DNA of 64,000 nucleotides from Acholeplasmataceae bacterium (GTDB lineage Bacteria; Bacillota_I; Bacilli_A; Acholeplasmatales; Acholeplasmataceae): NCBI GenBank assembly GCA_963667565.1, contig OY763415.1, positions 576,001 to 640,000 of the forward strand, read 5' to 3'. Shown piece by piece: positions 30,557 to 39,764 of this stretch (position 1 is its first letter; each line of letters starts with the position of its first letter). The notes under the pieces were generated by a model. It saw only the letters and a program-made list of their open reading frames with translations, ran no database searches and was not told where the DNA came from. The position numbers and the translations under genes were made by a program.

Positions 30557-31622
30557 AAGCGTAAATGATTTGATCAAAAACTTCTTTATTAAATGATTTT
30601 AGGAAATTTATGATGAGTTCAACAGTGTTTTCAAAATCATCTGTATGAATCATTGAAGTATGTGAATGAAGATATCTTGTTGGTATACAAACAGATAATC
30701 CTAATGCACCATCTTGAGATAAATGCATCATTGCTGCATCGGTTCTACCACCAGTGATGGTTGCTTGTTGAAATGGAATGTTATTTTTATTAGCAATTTC
30801 CATCATATATGTTCTTAAGCCTCTGTGAGGTAATAAACCTGTGTCATAGACAACAATTTGAGGACCTGCACCTAAGGTTTGTTCTTCTTTTTGTCCTTGA
30901 GGTACATCATTACCAATTCCTGAGTCAATTGCGATTGCAACATCTGGATTGACAACATAGCTCGATGTCTTGGCACCTCTCACGCCAACTTCTTCTTGAA
31001 CATTAAAGGCTGCATAGAAATCAACTTGAAGATCTTCATCTTTTAATCGTTTGAGTACTTCTAGTAAGACTGCACTTCCAATACGATTATCCCATGCTTT
31101 ACTGACTAAATACTTAGGATTTTTCATTTCAATAAATTGAGCAGATGGTGTAATCATTTGTCCTGGTAAAATGCCAAAAGATAATGCTTCTTCTTTAGAA
31201 CTTGCACCAACATCTAAATAGATGTCTTCAATTTTAACTGCTTCACTTCTTTGACTTGCAGGAATTAAATGTGGAGGTTTAGATCCAGATACTGCTTTAA
31301 TGACACCTAAATCTGTGTGTATATCCCAAACTTGAGCAAGCATCACTTGAGAATACCATCCTCCAAGTGTTTGAAATTTAACGAATCCTTCTTTAGTGAT
31401 TTGAGTCACTAATAATCCTACTTCATCCATATGTCCAGCAATCATCACTTTAGGTCCTTGACCTTTTTTATGTGCAATCACTGAACCTAGTTTGTCATAT
31501 AAAAGTTCATCTGCATCATCTTTGATGATGTTTTCGATGTAATTTCTAACGATTTTCTCTCTTGCTGGTGTACCAGGTAATAAACTTATTTCCTTAAGTT
31601 GTTTTTTTAATCTGTCATTCAT
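30555..31622 (-). CDS. M42 family aminopeptidase
   Basis: AGHMDEVG, KAWDNR, VQEEVG, GGRTDA, RYLHSH. Confidence 0.92.
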   Translation of the reverse strand: MNDRLKKQLKEISLLPGTPAREKIVRNYIENIIKDDADELLYDKLGSVIAHKKGQGPKVMIAGHMDEVGLLVTQITKEGFVKFQTLGGWYSQVMLAQVWDIHTDLGVIKAVSGSKPPHLIPASQRSEAVKIEDIYLDVGASSKEEALSFGILPGQMITPSAQFIEMKNPKYLVSKAWDNRIGSAVLLEVLKRLKDEDLQVDFYAAFNVQEEVGVRGAKTSSYVVNPDVAIAIDSGIGNDVPQGQKEEQTLGAGPQIVVYDTGLLPHRGLRTYMMEIANKNNIPFQQATITGGRTDAAMMHLSQDGALGLSVCIPTRYLHSHTSMIHTDDFENTVELIINFLKSFNKEVFDQIIYA

Positions 31623-31649
31623 ACTTAATCCTCATCTATTTTTTTATAT

Positions 31650-31797
31650 AAAAAACCCTAGAAAGCTGTGAGAACGGATTATATTTAAGTGGGAATTACC
31701 TTGTCAATATTTCGGGATTCCATAAAATGGCTTTCACGCCCATATTGTTTTAATTCCCTATCCGATCAATTTGGGTTCCACGGCTGCTTCCTAGGTT
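31650..31797 (-). ncRNA. ssrS: Structured ncRNA, probable 6S RNA
   Basis: Has its own promoter. Rod fold: closing stem CCUAGGAAGC/GCUUUCUAGG, central bubble, GGGAAUUA/UAAUUCCC and CAAUAU/AUAUUG stems; ends in a U run. Confidence 0.65.
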
Positions 31798-31803
31798 ACT
31801 TTC

Positions 31804-31832
31804 AATTTATCACTAACATCATAATTTGTCAA
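31804..31832 (-). promoter_or_regulatory. Sigma-A promoter of the ncRNA
   Basis: TTGACA-17 nt-TAAATT with TGn extension. Confidence 0.7.
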
Positions 31833-31843
31833 GTTAAGTTATC

Positions 31844-33301
31844 TTAGTAATAGACATTTAGTCTTACAAATTTACCATGGTAAATCATTAGATTTAATAA
31901 GATATCTCTAAGCTTCGTATCAATGACATGAACGTTATTAACACAGATACAATCCACACGAGCTGAGATATATGAGTCAATTGCAATTTCACTTAATTTA
32001 TGTGAAGGATATAATTGGTTAAAAGATTCAAATGATTGTTCTGTTTCAAAATAGACAACCATAGATACGACTATTTTCGATTTAACATGTAGCATTTTTA
32101 GAAGTTGTGCTAAATGTTGTGCTCTTGCAATAATATAGGCATCCTTATGAAAGAACTTTTCTTCATAAACCGCTTTATTTGGATCACTATATGTGTTTAA
32201 AGGTATAGATCTTTGAAACTTTGTTTCCAAAAATACTTTAAATTTATCGACACGTTTATGATCTTTTTCATAAAAATGTGCATAGAGTGTGACTTCATTT
32301 TCAGATACTGTGTAAGCAACTATGATGAAATGATAATAATTTGCATAAACTAAAATCGAATGGAAATATTCATCAAATGTTTTTTTATCTGATTTTATCG
32401 TATATTCGCTGCATAAAGTATATGTTTCATTATAAACGAGTGGTTCAAATAATGCGTTTGCATAAACTTCTTTTTGCATATCTACATCATAATAATAAAG
32501 ACCATCATAGATGACTCTTTGGTATAAACGATATAATTCGATACCACCAATGACTAGACCAAATATGACAAATGAGATTAACATGAAAAATTTGATAATC
32601 GTGTCAAAGGTTGATGCGTGAATCATATAGATGATTAATGGAAATAAACTGATTGCAAATGTTCTAAATGTTGAAGTAAAGCCTTTAATGTGCGTAAAAT
32701 ATGCTAATAAGAATATGATCATAATCATATAAAAAGTTATGAAATTTGTCCAGCTAAAATTTTCTAAGGTATTTGCAATATGATTGATTTCATGAATGAA
32801 TGAATAGATGCCTATTGCAATTAATCCTAACATCACGATTTGTCTTAATGATTTATAGTTTTTATTGGTAAACAGTTTTCTAGATTGAGGTAAATGATAA
32901 TAATTTTTCATTTCTCTACGATATGCAAAGAATGGCCATAGTTTACCTCGTACACTAATTTGAATAGGTTGCGTATTCTCATCTTTCATTTCATTTCTTA
33001 AATATGTTTCAAATGATGCTAATGGATTAAGCAATACCATGAGTGTCGCAATCGTAATGACGGGTACTTGATATCTATAACCAAAAATATATAGTGCTAA
33101 AGCAGTCAGTAACCCATAAATACCATATACAATGAGTTCTGGCAAACCTCCAAAAATAAAAATACCAACATAAACTAACAAAATCATTGAAGCAATGGTA
33201 AAGATACCTCTTAGTTCAAGATTAAACAAGGTTAGTGCAAATGGTAATGTTACAATGATTAAAATAAATACAATCAATGAGATGATAATTCTTTGTTTCA
33301 T
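31844..33301 (-). CDS. Hypothetical membrane protein with a soluble C-terminal region (possibly DUF695/RraB-like)
   Basis: 485-aa ORF, multiple TM segments in the N-terminal ~255 aa, alpha/beta pattern in the C-terminal part. Confidence 0.7.
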   Translation of the reverse strand: MKQRIIISLIVFILIIVTLPFALTLFNLELRGIFTIASMILLVYVGIFIFGGLPELIVYGIYGLLTALALYIFGYRYQVPVITIATLMVLLNPLASFETYLRNEMKDENTQPIQISVRGKLWPFFAYRREMKNYYHLPQSRKLFTNKNYKSLRQIVMLGLIAIGIYSFIHEINHIANTLENFSWTNFITFYMIMIIFLLAYFTHIKGFTSTFRTFAISLFPLIIYMIHASTFDTIIKFFMLISFVIFGLVIGGIELYRLYQRVIYDGLYYYDVDMQKEVYANALFEPLVYNETYTLCSEYTIKSDKKTFDEYFHSILVYANYYHFIIVAYTVSENEVTLYAHFYEKDHKRVDKFKVFLETKFQRSIPLNTYSDPNKAVYEEKFFHKDAYIIARAQHLAQLLKMLHVKSKIVVSMVVYFETEQSFESFNQLYPSHKLSEIAIDSYISARVDCICVNNVHVIDTKLRDILLNLMIYHGKFVRLNVYY

Positions 33302-33389
33302 AATAAGCCCCCTACCTAATCCTATTATACATAAATTTTAGAATAAATAAAACTATTTGAAAAACTGTGTGAAATAAATAAAAAAAGCA

Positions 33390-35426
33390 TCACTTGGATG
33401 CTTTCTTAAACATAGTCTTTTGTATGAATTTATCAAAAATGAGTAAAATAATTGGAACAAAGAACATGGTAAACAATAGTGAAATCAGTGTCCCTTTACC
33501 TAATAATAGTCCAATTTCTTGAATCGAAGATATATTAGAAAATAGTGTTTCAACAAATCCTGCAGCAGATAAGATGATTGCGGATACCATCATCGTCATC
33601 AGTGTCTTATGGTAGGACTCATTAAGTGCATCAAATGCTTTTAATGCTTTTCTATCCTCTAAATACCTTGTGGTAAGTAATACAGCATAATCTATGGTTG
33701 CACCCAATTGAATAGACATAACAACTAAATATCCAATATATATTGTCTTTATGTCAAATAAGTAAAGAAGTCCCATATTTACAGCAATTGCTGATTCAAT
33801 AATAATGATTAGAAATATTGGAATGATTGGATTTTTAAATGTGAGTGCCAAGATGATAAAGATAGAAACAATGGAGATGAGCATGATTTTTAATTGATCA
33901 GAAGTCACAATATCTCTAATTTCACTTGCTGTTGTCGCAAATCCAACTAAATAATAATCACTATAATATGTATGCACTAATTGATTGATATCATCAGAAA
34001 ATTGATACATTTGTTCATTTTCTGATAAAATATCAGTTTCAATAATGATTCTCGTATAAGAACGACCTACATATTGTGAGACAAGTGCTGAATCTAGATA
34101 AGCTCTAGGTATTTGTGGATCTACGATTGTAACAAGTGTTTGAACTGATTTCACATGTTCATTTAATAATAGTGCATCGGTAAGTGATACTTCTTGTGCA
34201 ATTTGATTATTAGGAACTAATATGACTAACTGTTGATACTGATCAAAATATGTAGATATATGAGATAAATCTTGAGCGACTCTTGAGGTTTCATCAAGCG
34301 ATTGATTTGTACCATATGTATAAGATGTTTGTGATTCTAAGTAAAAACCACCACCTATGAATATGATCATTAGGATTACAAGAGGTATTCTTAGTTTAAC
34401 AATGATTCTAAGTAACCCTTTTGGTGCTTTAATTATCGACTTATGTTGCCCTTTTAAAAGCAGTTTATCAAAAAGATATGTAATTGTAGGGATCAATGCT
34501 AAAACCGTTAAATAACTCAAAATAATACCTTTAGATAACACAATACCTATATCATAACCAATCTTATATTGCATAAATAGTAATGCTAAAAAACCCGCAA
34601 ATGTTGTAAGTGCTGATGCTGTGATTGCAGGGAAAGTCTTCTTGAGTGCTTGTTTAACAGCATCTTCTTTTGACATCGTCTCTCGCAATTCATGGTATCT
34701 ATGTAGATAAAAAAGTGTATAATCAATGGATAATGCAAGTTGTAATGCAAGTGCCATGGTTTTAGTTATAAATGAAATATTAGGTAAAAATGCATTTGTT
34801 CCAAGATTCAAAATGACTGCTATCCCTAATGATATAATCGCGATGATAGGATCAAACCAAGATTTTGATGTGATGAGTAACAAAGCAATCACAATCGGTA
34901 TAATCACAAGCATGACTTTTAATATTTCATTGCTTGCCAAATTTCTATTAGCCATTTCAAGTAAACTCTGACCGCGAAGTGCAATCTGATAGTTTGATAG
35001 TTTAGCATCGATCTGGCTAACAACTTGATCAACATCAATACTGTAGGTATCTAGATCAAGAACTACTGTAAGTTTGATGTGTTGATCAACATAAAACTGA
35101 TCTAAAAGTTCCGATGGAATATAATTTATTGGCGTTGTTGCAATATCAACATAGTCATCAATATAGACGATTTGCTCAACATGATCAATTGAATATAACA
35201 TGTGTTTAATCTCAACACCTTGTGCTAGAGTTACATCATCAACCATCACTTCAATCATCGTGTGTGTACCAAACTCTTCATTTAAAATTTCTAACCCTTG
35301 GCTAGTATTTGAATCTTTTGGCAAATAAATTGTCATATCATAGTTGGTTTTGACATCAAAAATGAGAAAGACACTAATCATTGTAATGATTGTAAACACT
35401 ATTAAAATAAGACTTCGTTTTATCAT
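33390..35426 (-). CDS. MMPL/RND family transporter
   Basis: NYDMTIYLP, LQLALSIDY..F, ASALTT.AGF, IQLGATIDYAVLL; two-repeat TM architecture. Confidence 0.88.
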   Translation of the reverse strand: MIKRSLILIVFTIITMISVFLIFDVKTNYDMTIYLPKDSNTSQGLEILNEEFGTHTMIEVMVDDVTLAQGVEIKHMLYSIDHVEQIVYIDDYVDIATTPINYIPSELLDQFYVDQHIKLTVVLDLDTYSIDVDQVVSQIDAKLSNYQIALRGQSLLEMANRNLASNEILKVMLVIIPIVIALLLITSKSWFDPIIAIISLGIAVILNLGTNAFLPNISFITKTMALALQLALSIDYTLFYLHRYHELRETMSKEDAVKQALKKTFPAITASALTTFAGFLALLFMQYKIGYDIGIVLSKGIILSYLTVLALIPTITYLFDKLLLKGQHKSIIKAPKGLLRIIVKLRIPLVILMIIFIGGGFYLESQTSYTYGTNQSLDETSRVAQDLSHISTYFDQYQQLVILVPNNQIAQEVSLTDALLLNEHVKSVQTLVTIVDPQIPRAYLDSALVSQYVGRSYTRIIIETDILSENEQMYQFSDDINQLVHTYYSDYYLVGFATTASEIRDIVTSDQLKIMLISIVSIFIILALTFKNPIIPIFLIIIIESAIAVNMGLLYLFDIKTIYIGYLVVMSIQLGATIDYAVLLTTRYLEDRKALKAFDALNESYHKTLMTMMVSAIILSAAGFVETLFSNISSIQEIGLLLGKGTLISLLFTMFFVPIILLIFDKFIQKTMFKKASK

Positions 35427-35569
35427 ATAGACTCCTCTTAAATATATATTTTAAATACTCATTTAAATAAACATTTTAAATCTCTATTTTAATTCTATCT
35501 TTTTTATGGTATAAATAAGATATGAAATCGCATTTTAATTACCATTTCAAATGAGATTTAAAGAGGTGA

Positions 35570-36172
35570 ATGATGGCTAAAGACCCACAAATCAAAAGAT
35601 TGATGATTGATGAAACAAGAAATTTATTAGAAGAACATGGAAATGTGACTATTAAGGAGATTGCAGAAAGATGTTATGTGAACATCGCATCTGTTAATTA
35701 TTATTTTGGAAGTAAAGAAAATTTGATATTTATTGTCATCTCCGAAGTACTATCTGAGATTAAGCAAATGGTTTTTACGATGGTTGATGATAAAAGTAAT
35801 AAAACACCTGCAGATTTTTTAGAAGAAACGATTGGTTTAATTTATAATTTCTCCATAGACCATGTGGGTATATTGAGTTATTTATTTATGGCAAATGGTA
35901 TGAAAGATGGTCAACTTGCAGAATTTGTTAGATCCTTTTTCTTAGATCCAGAATTTGTACAGATGGTATATAAGAATTTAGGTGAACAACTCGATACCAA
36001 CGATATCAAGCTTTTACAAGTTAAATATATGATTATCTTCTCTTCATTCTTTATGCCGCTATTCATTCAAATTATTAATCCAACAGATGATGAAGAAGAA
36101 AAGATGGAAATGTTTAGAGATCCTGTGTTTAAAAAGCATTTTACAGAACAAATATTAAAAATTATTGCATAA
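35570..36172 (+). CDS. TetR/AcrR family regulator, divergent from MMPL
   Basis: VTIKEIAERCYVNIASVNYYFGSKENL HTH. Confidence 0.88.
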   Translation: MMAKDPQIKRLMIDETRNLLEEHGNVTIKEIAERCYVNIASVNYYFGSKENLIFIVISEVLSEIKQMVFTMVDDKSNKTPADFLEETIGLIYNFSIDHVGILSYLFMANGMKDGQLAEFVRSFFLDPEFVQMVYKNLGEQLDTNDIKLLQVKYMIIFSSFFMPLFIQIINPTDDEEEKMEMFRDPVFKKHFTEQILKIIA

Positions 36173-36208
36173 AAAAAGATGTTTCTTAAATGAAACATCT
36201 ATTTTTTT
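36171..36208. terminator. Bidirectional terminator tetR/rplT
   Basis: AGATGTTTC-TTAAAT-GAAACATCT flanked by A and T runs. Confidence 0.75.
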
Positions 36209-36209
36209 A

Positions 36210-36818
36210 TTATTTACTTAATAATTCAATAAGTTCAGCTTTTTTAAGTGCACTGTAACCAGTTAACCCTTTTTCTTTAGCTAAAGCTTTTAAATCAGCA
36301 ACTGATAATGATGCTAAATCAGCTTCTGGTGCTTTAACTTCTACTTTAGGTTCAGCTTTAACTTCAGCCTTCACTTCAGCTTTTGGAGCAGCTTTAACTT
36401 CTGCTTTAGGTGCTTTTTTCACTTCAGCTTTAGGTGCATTCTTAGTTTCTGCTGGAATGTTTCCATTTAAAGCATTTTGAGCAAGAACACAGTAAGCTTT
36501 GAAATCTTCTGGTTGGTTTACTGCTAAGTCAGCTAAGACTTTTCTATTAACTTCAACATGTGCAAGTGCAAGACCATGAATTAATAAAGAATATTTCATA
36601 CCGTTTAATTTTGCAGCGGCATTAATTCTTGAAATCCATAATTTTCTAAATTCACTCTTTCTTTTCTTACGATCACGGTAAGCATAAGCAAGTGAACGCA
36701 TAACTTGTTCATTTGCAGTTCTATATAATGCATGTTTTGAACCAAAATAACCTTTGGCTAACTTTAATATTTTTTTACGACGTTTTCTAGTAGTCGTTCC
36801 ACCTTTAACTCTTGGCAT
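36210..36818 (-). CDS. rplT: 50S ribosomal protein L20 with repeat linker and C-terminal Rho_N/HeH-like domain
   Basis: MPRVKGG...AKGYFG...YAYRDR...[12 protein letters not shown], then APKAEVK repeats and [30 protein letters not shown]. Confidence 0.95.
   Translation of the reverse strand: MPRVKGGTTTRKRRKKILKLAKGYFGSKHALYRTANEQVMRSLAYAYRDRKKRKSEFRKLWISRINAAAKLNGMKYSLLIHGLALAHVEVNRKVLADLAVNQPEDFKAYCVLAQNALNGNIPAETKNAPKAEVKKAPKAEVKAAPKAEVKAEVKAEPKVEVKAPEADLASLSVADLKALAKEKGLTGYSALKKAELIELLSK
36322..36445 (-). repeat. Tandem ~24-nt coding repeats ((K/A)APKAEVK) in the rplT linker
   Basis: Repeated ttcagctttaggtgc / ttctgctttaggtgc units. Confidence 0.75.
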
Positions 36819-36830
36819 TTCCTGCTCCTC

Positions 36831-37031
36831 CTACTTCAAGTTCGAAATAAGTGATTTAATTCTCTTTTCATCTGATGGATGAACACTTGTTTCGCCTCTT
36901 AATTGTCTATTTTGTTTTGTTGTTTTATGAGCAGCTAGATGTCCTTTGTAGGCATGCCCACGCTTTAATTTACCTGTACCAGTAACTTTAATTCTTTTCT
37001 TTAAGCCACTATGTGTTTTTTGTTTTGGCAT
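36831..37031 (-). CDS. rpmI: 50S ribosomal protein L35
   Basis: MPKQKTHSGLKKRIKVTGTGKLKR. Confidence 0.96.
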   Translation of the reverse strand: MPKQKTHSGLKKRIKVTGTGKLKRGHAYKGHLAAHKTTKQNRQLRGETSVHPSDEKRIKSLISNLK

Positions 37032-37048
37032 ATGAATATTCCTTCTTT

Positions 37049-37582
37049 CTATGATTTCTTTTCAATTGGTGCAACGATAGCAATCAGTGAGCGACCTTCC
37101 ATTTTAGGTTTAGCTTCTACTGTAACTTCACTACCTAAGGCTTCAATAAATTTATTGATGACTTCGACACCAACACTTTGATGTGTAATCATACGGCCTC
37201 TAAAATAGATTGAAACTTTGACTTTGTTGCCTTTTTCTAAAAACTTGAGTGCTTGACGAAATTTAGTATCAAAATCATGTTTATCAATTGTTGGACTTAA
37301 ACGAATCTCTTTAAGTTCTACAATTTTTTGATTCTTTTTCATCTCACGAAGTTTACGTTGCTGTTCATAACGATATTTTGAATAGTCCATAAGTTTTGCA
37401 ACCATCGGATTAGAATTAGGAGATACAACTACTAAATCCAATTCTTTTTCGTCTGCATATTTCATTGCTTCTGCACGTGAAATAATACCAATCTTGTTAC
37501 CTTCATCATCAATGAATAACAATTTGACATTTGGGATATTCTCGTTAACTAACTCAGCGCTTTGATTCTTTGTTTGTTTAAT
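37049..37582 (-). CDS. infC: Translation initiation factor IF-3 (ATT start)
   Basis: VNENI, LDLVVVS, MDYSKYRYE, KEIRLSP, FRGR; GAGGTG RBS followed 6 nt later by an in-frame ATT at 37582. Confidence 0.94.
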   Translation of the reverse strand: MKQTKNQSAELVNENIPNVKLLFIDDEGNKIGIISRAEAMKYADEKELDLVVVSPNSNPMVAKLMDYSKYRYEQQRKLREMKKNQKIVELKEIRLSPTIDKHDFDTKFRQALKFLEKGNKVKVSIYFRGRMITHQSVGVEVINKFIEALGSEVTVEAKPKMEGRSLIAIVAPIEKKS

Positions 37583-37609
37583 ATCATTCACCTCTTTATT
37601 ATTTTTTAG

Positions 37610-37722
37610 GAAAAGAAAAAGTGCGTACATGAAGTACCCACTTAAAAGTCAAAAAGCAATGCTGTGACTGGTTTGCCCATGAATCGATCATCAGGCGAGA
37701 GGGTATCTCTTCTTTTCACTAC
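37610..37722 (-). promoter_or_regulatory. L20 leader (attenuator) of infC-rpmI-rplT
   Basis: AGAAGAGAUACCCUCUCGCC 5' segment and AAGUGGGUAC..GUACGCACUUUUU terminator; expected position. Confidence 0.7.
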
Positions 37723-37728
37723 GTATTG

Positions 37729-37757
37729 ATTATACATATATAGATGACTAAAGTCAA
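37729..37757 (-). promoter_or_regulatory. Sigma-A promoter of the infC operon
   Basis: TTGACT-17 nt-TATAAT. Confidence 0.8.
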
Positions 37758-37766
37758 GGAAAAACA

Positions 37767-38450
37767 TCAATTAATTTTGCTTTTAGTCATTTTCAAATAA
37801 GAAAGCATGAAACCCAGCAAAATGAATAACATTTGATAACTTATTTGATACTTATATTGTAACACATGACAATCATAAAATGGCCACAAATAAAACAAAA
37901 ACATACTAAAATGATCTTCTAATATCATATGAAAGATGATGGCGATAACACTTAACAATATTGCAAGATTTTGATGTCTATCTTTGATGCATATAAATAC
38001 AGTAATAAGCACTAAATAATTTTGGTTAATCACCATCATCAATTTGATTAAAAATGAAGAGTCAAATGTATAATACTTAGTAAAAAGATAAGGTAATAGA
38101 TACGCAAGTAGTAAAATTGTAAGATTATACCAAGTTATAAATAATATATAACTAAGCAATTTATAGAATGTCGTTTTATTTCTTCCCACATATGCATAAA
38201 TTGGGTAGAGTGATTTCGACTCATGATGCATACTAATCATGACAATCATAAACGGCATCATCATTGATAAATATTCTAGTGTTAAATGTTCATAACTTAG
38301 TTGAAAATCATCTTTAAACATGACTTGTTCATCATAAGTTGCATCCAATTGCATAAAACTAAACATGATAATCATGAGTAATATCATTGATAATCCATAA
38401 ATTAGCATATTTTGTTTATTCATCCAATAATGAAAGATCAGTATGATCAT
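37767..38450 (-). CDS. Putative ABC-2-type permease (about 6 TM)
   Basis: Hydrophobic ORF overlapping the ABC ATPase (ATGA coupling). Confidence 0.65.
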   Translation of the reverse strand: MIILIFHYWMNKQNMLIYGLSMILLMIIMFSFMQLDATYDEQVMFKDDFQLSYEHLTLEYLSMMMPFMIVMISMHHESKSLYPIYAYVGRNKTTFYKLLSYILFITWYNLTILLLAYLLPYLFTKYYTFDSSFLIKLMMVINQNYLVLITVFICIKDRHQNLAILLSVIAIIFHMILEDHFSMFLFYLWPFYDCHVLQYKYQISYQMLFILLGFMLSYLKMTKSKIN

Positions 38451-39007
38451 AGCTTTATATGTTTATTGCATAAAGGTAATATATATGAAGGATAATGAGA
38501 AATAATCATGACTGTTTTACCTGATGCCTTAAGTGTTTTAAGCATGTCTACAAACTGTGCTCTACCTTCCATGTCAAGTGCAACCATCGGTTCATCTAAT
38601 ATGATGAGATCAGGTTTTCCAATACATGCAGAGATGATGCCTAGTTTTTGTCTATTTCCATGAGATAACTGATAAATACTTTTGAACAAAGGTATTTTAA
38701 ACATATACATTAAAGATTCAAAACCATCATTACCTTTAATTTTTATTAAAATATCTAAGTAACGACTCACTTTCATAAATAAAGGAAATTCAATATGCTC
38801 TGGCAAATATCCAATATTTATTGGTTTAGACTCTATATGTCCCCTATCTGGCATGATATAACCTAAAATCAGTTTAGTAAGTGTTGTCTTACCTTTACCA
38901 TTATCACCACTGATCAATATAAAATCTTTTGATTCAATTTCAAAATCAAAAGGTTTTTTAATATCATATTTATAGACTTCTTTGAGTTTAACTAAGCAAG
39001 TATCCAT
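38447..39007 (-). CDS. ABC ATP-binding protein (short, LSHGN signature)
   Basis: GDNGKGKTT, IGYLPE, LSHGNRQK, LIILDEP, ISH. Confidence 0.88.
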   Translation of the reverse strand: MDTCLVKLKEVYKYDIKKPFDFEIESKDFILISGDNGKGKTTLTKLILGYIMPDRGHIESKPINIGYLPEHIEFPLFMKVSRYLDILIKIKGNDGFESLMYMFKIPLFKSIYQLSHGNRQKLGIISACIGKPDLIILDEPMVALDMEGRAQFVDMLKTLKASGKTVMIISHYPSYILPLCNKHIKL

Positions 39008-39764
39008 GAAGTAACATACCTGATTCTTTTAAAATTTCATAGTCATTGATGTATAAAAAATAATCAATGACCAAAGATGTATAATCACTAAATGTAATCA
39101 CAATCGGACAGCCATACAAGAGTTGAGATTCATCATCTATCGTTAATGTTATTTTGTCATCACGAATGTCAAATGTGACAGGATCTTCAAAACCGATATA
39201 GATGTCATCAATACTTTTTGAAAGACTCTGATATGAGATATAGATTTGATAGAGTCTACTTAACTTAGATTGTTCTTTTTTGATACCTTCAAGTGCAAGC
39301 CAATCAAGTGCATCACATGTATCATTACTTAAATATAATGATAAAGATCCCAAATAAAATTGATAGGTATCATCATTTACTAATCTTACATTTAAATATA
39401 GATCATCAATAACAAATGATTGACTGATTGAAGGCATGTTTAATTTAAGCATATACTTTGTATATGTTTCACCTAAATATGACTCATGTCCAACTGATTT
39501 TAATTCATCAATGGATAAACTTAGCATCTCATTAAGATCTTTGCTTGATAGATTTACTTCCATATAATTGTTTTGATCATTAAGTGGATGTTTGCCATTT
39601 AAATAAAAGATCACATCAATCGTTTCATCTTCTTTTATCATGTATGAATAATAAGTGTTGACTGTATAAAGTTTTAAAGGAATGATTTCTTGATTAACTT
39701 TAATCATGACAACTAATAAGATTGCAACTAGTACTAATGACATATAAAAAATAATATGCTTCAT
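38988..39764 (-). CDS. Hypothetical membrane-anchored acidic extracellular protein
   Basis: N-terminal hydrophobic segment, beta-rich acidic remainder; overlaps both neighbours. Confidence 0.7.
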   Translation of the reverse strand: MKHIIFYMSLVLVAILLVVMIKVNQEIIPLKLYTVNTYYSYMIKEDETIDVIFYLNGKHPLNDQNNYMEVNLSSKDLNEMLSLSIDELKSVGHESYLGETYTKYMLKLNMPSISQSFVIDDLYLNVRLVNDDTYQFYLGSLSLYLSNDTCDALDWLALEGIKKEQSKLSRLYQIYISYQSLSKSIDDIYIGFEDPVTFDIRDDKITLTIDDESQLLYGCPIVITFSDYTSLVIDYFLYINDYEILKESGMLLHGYLLS

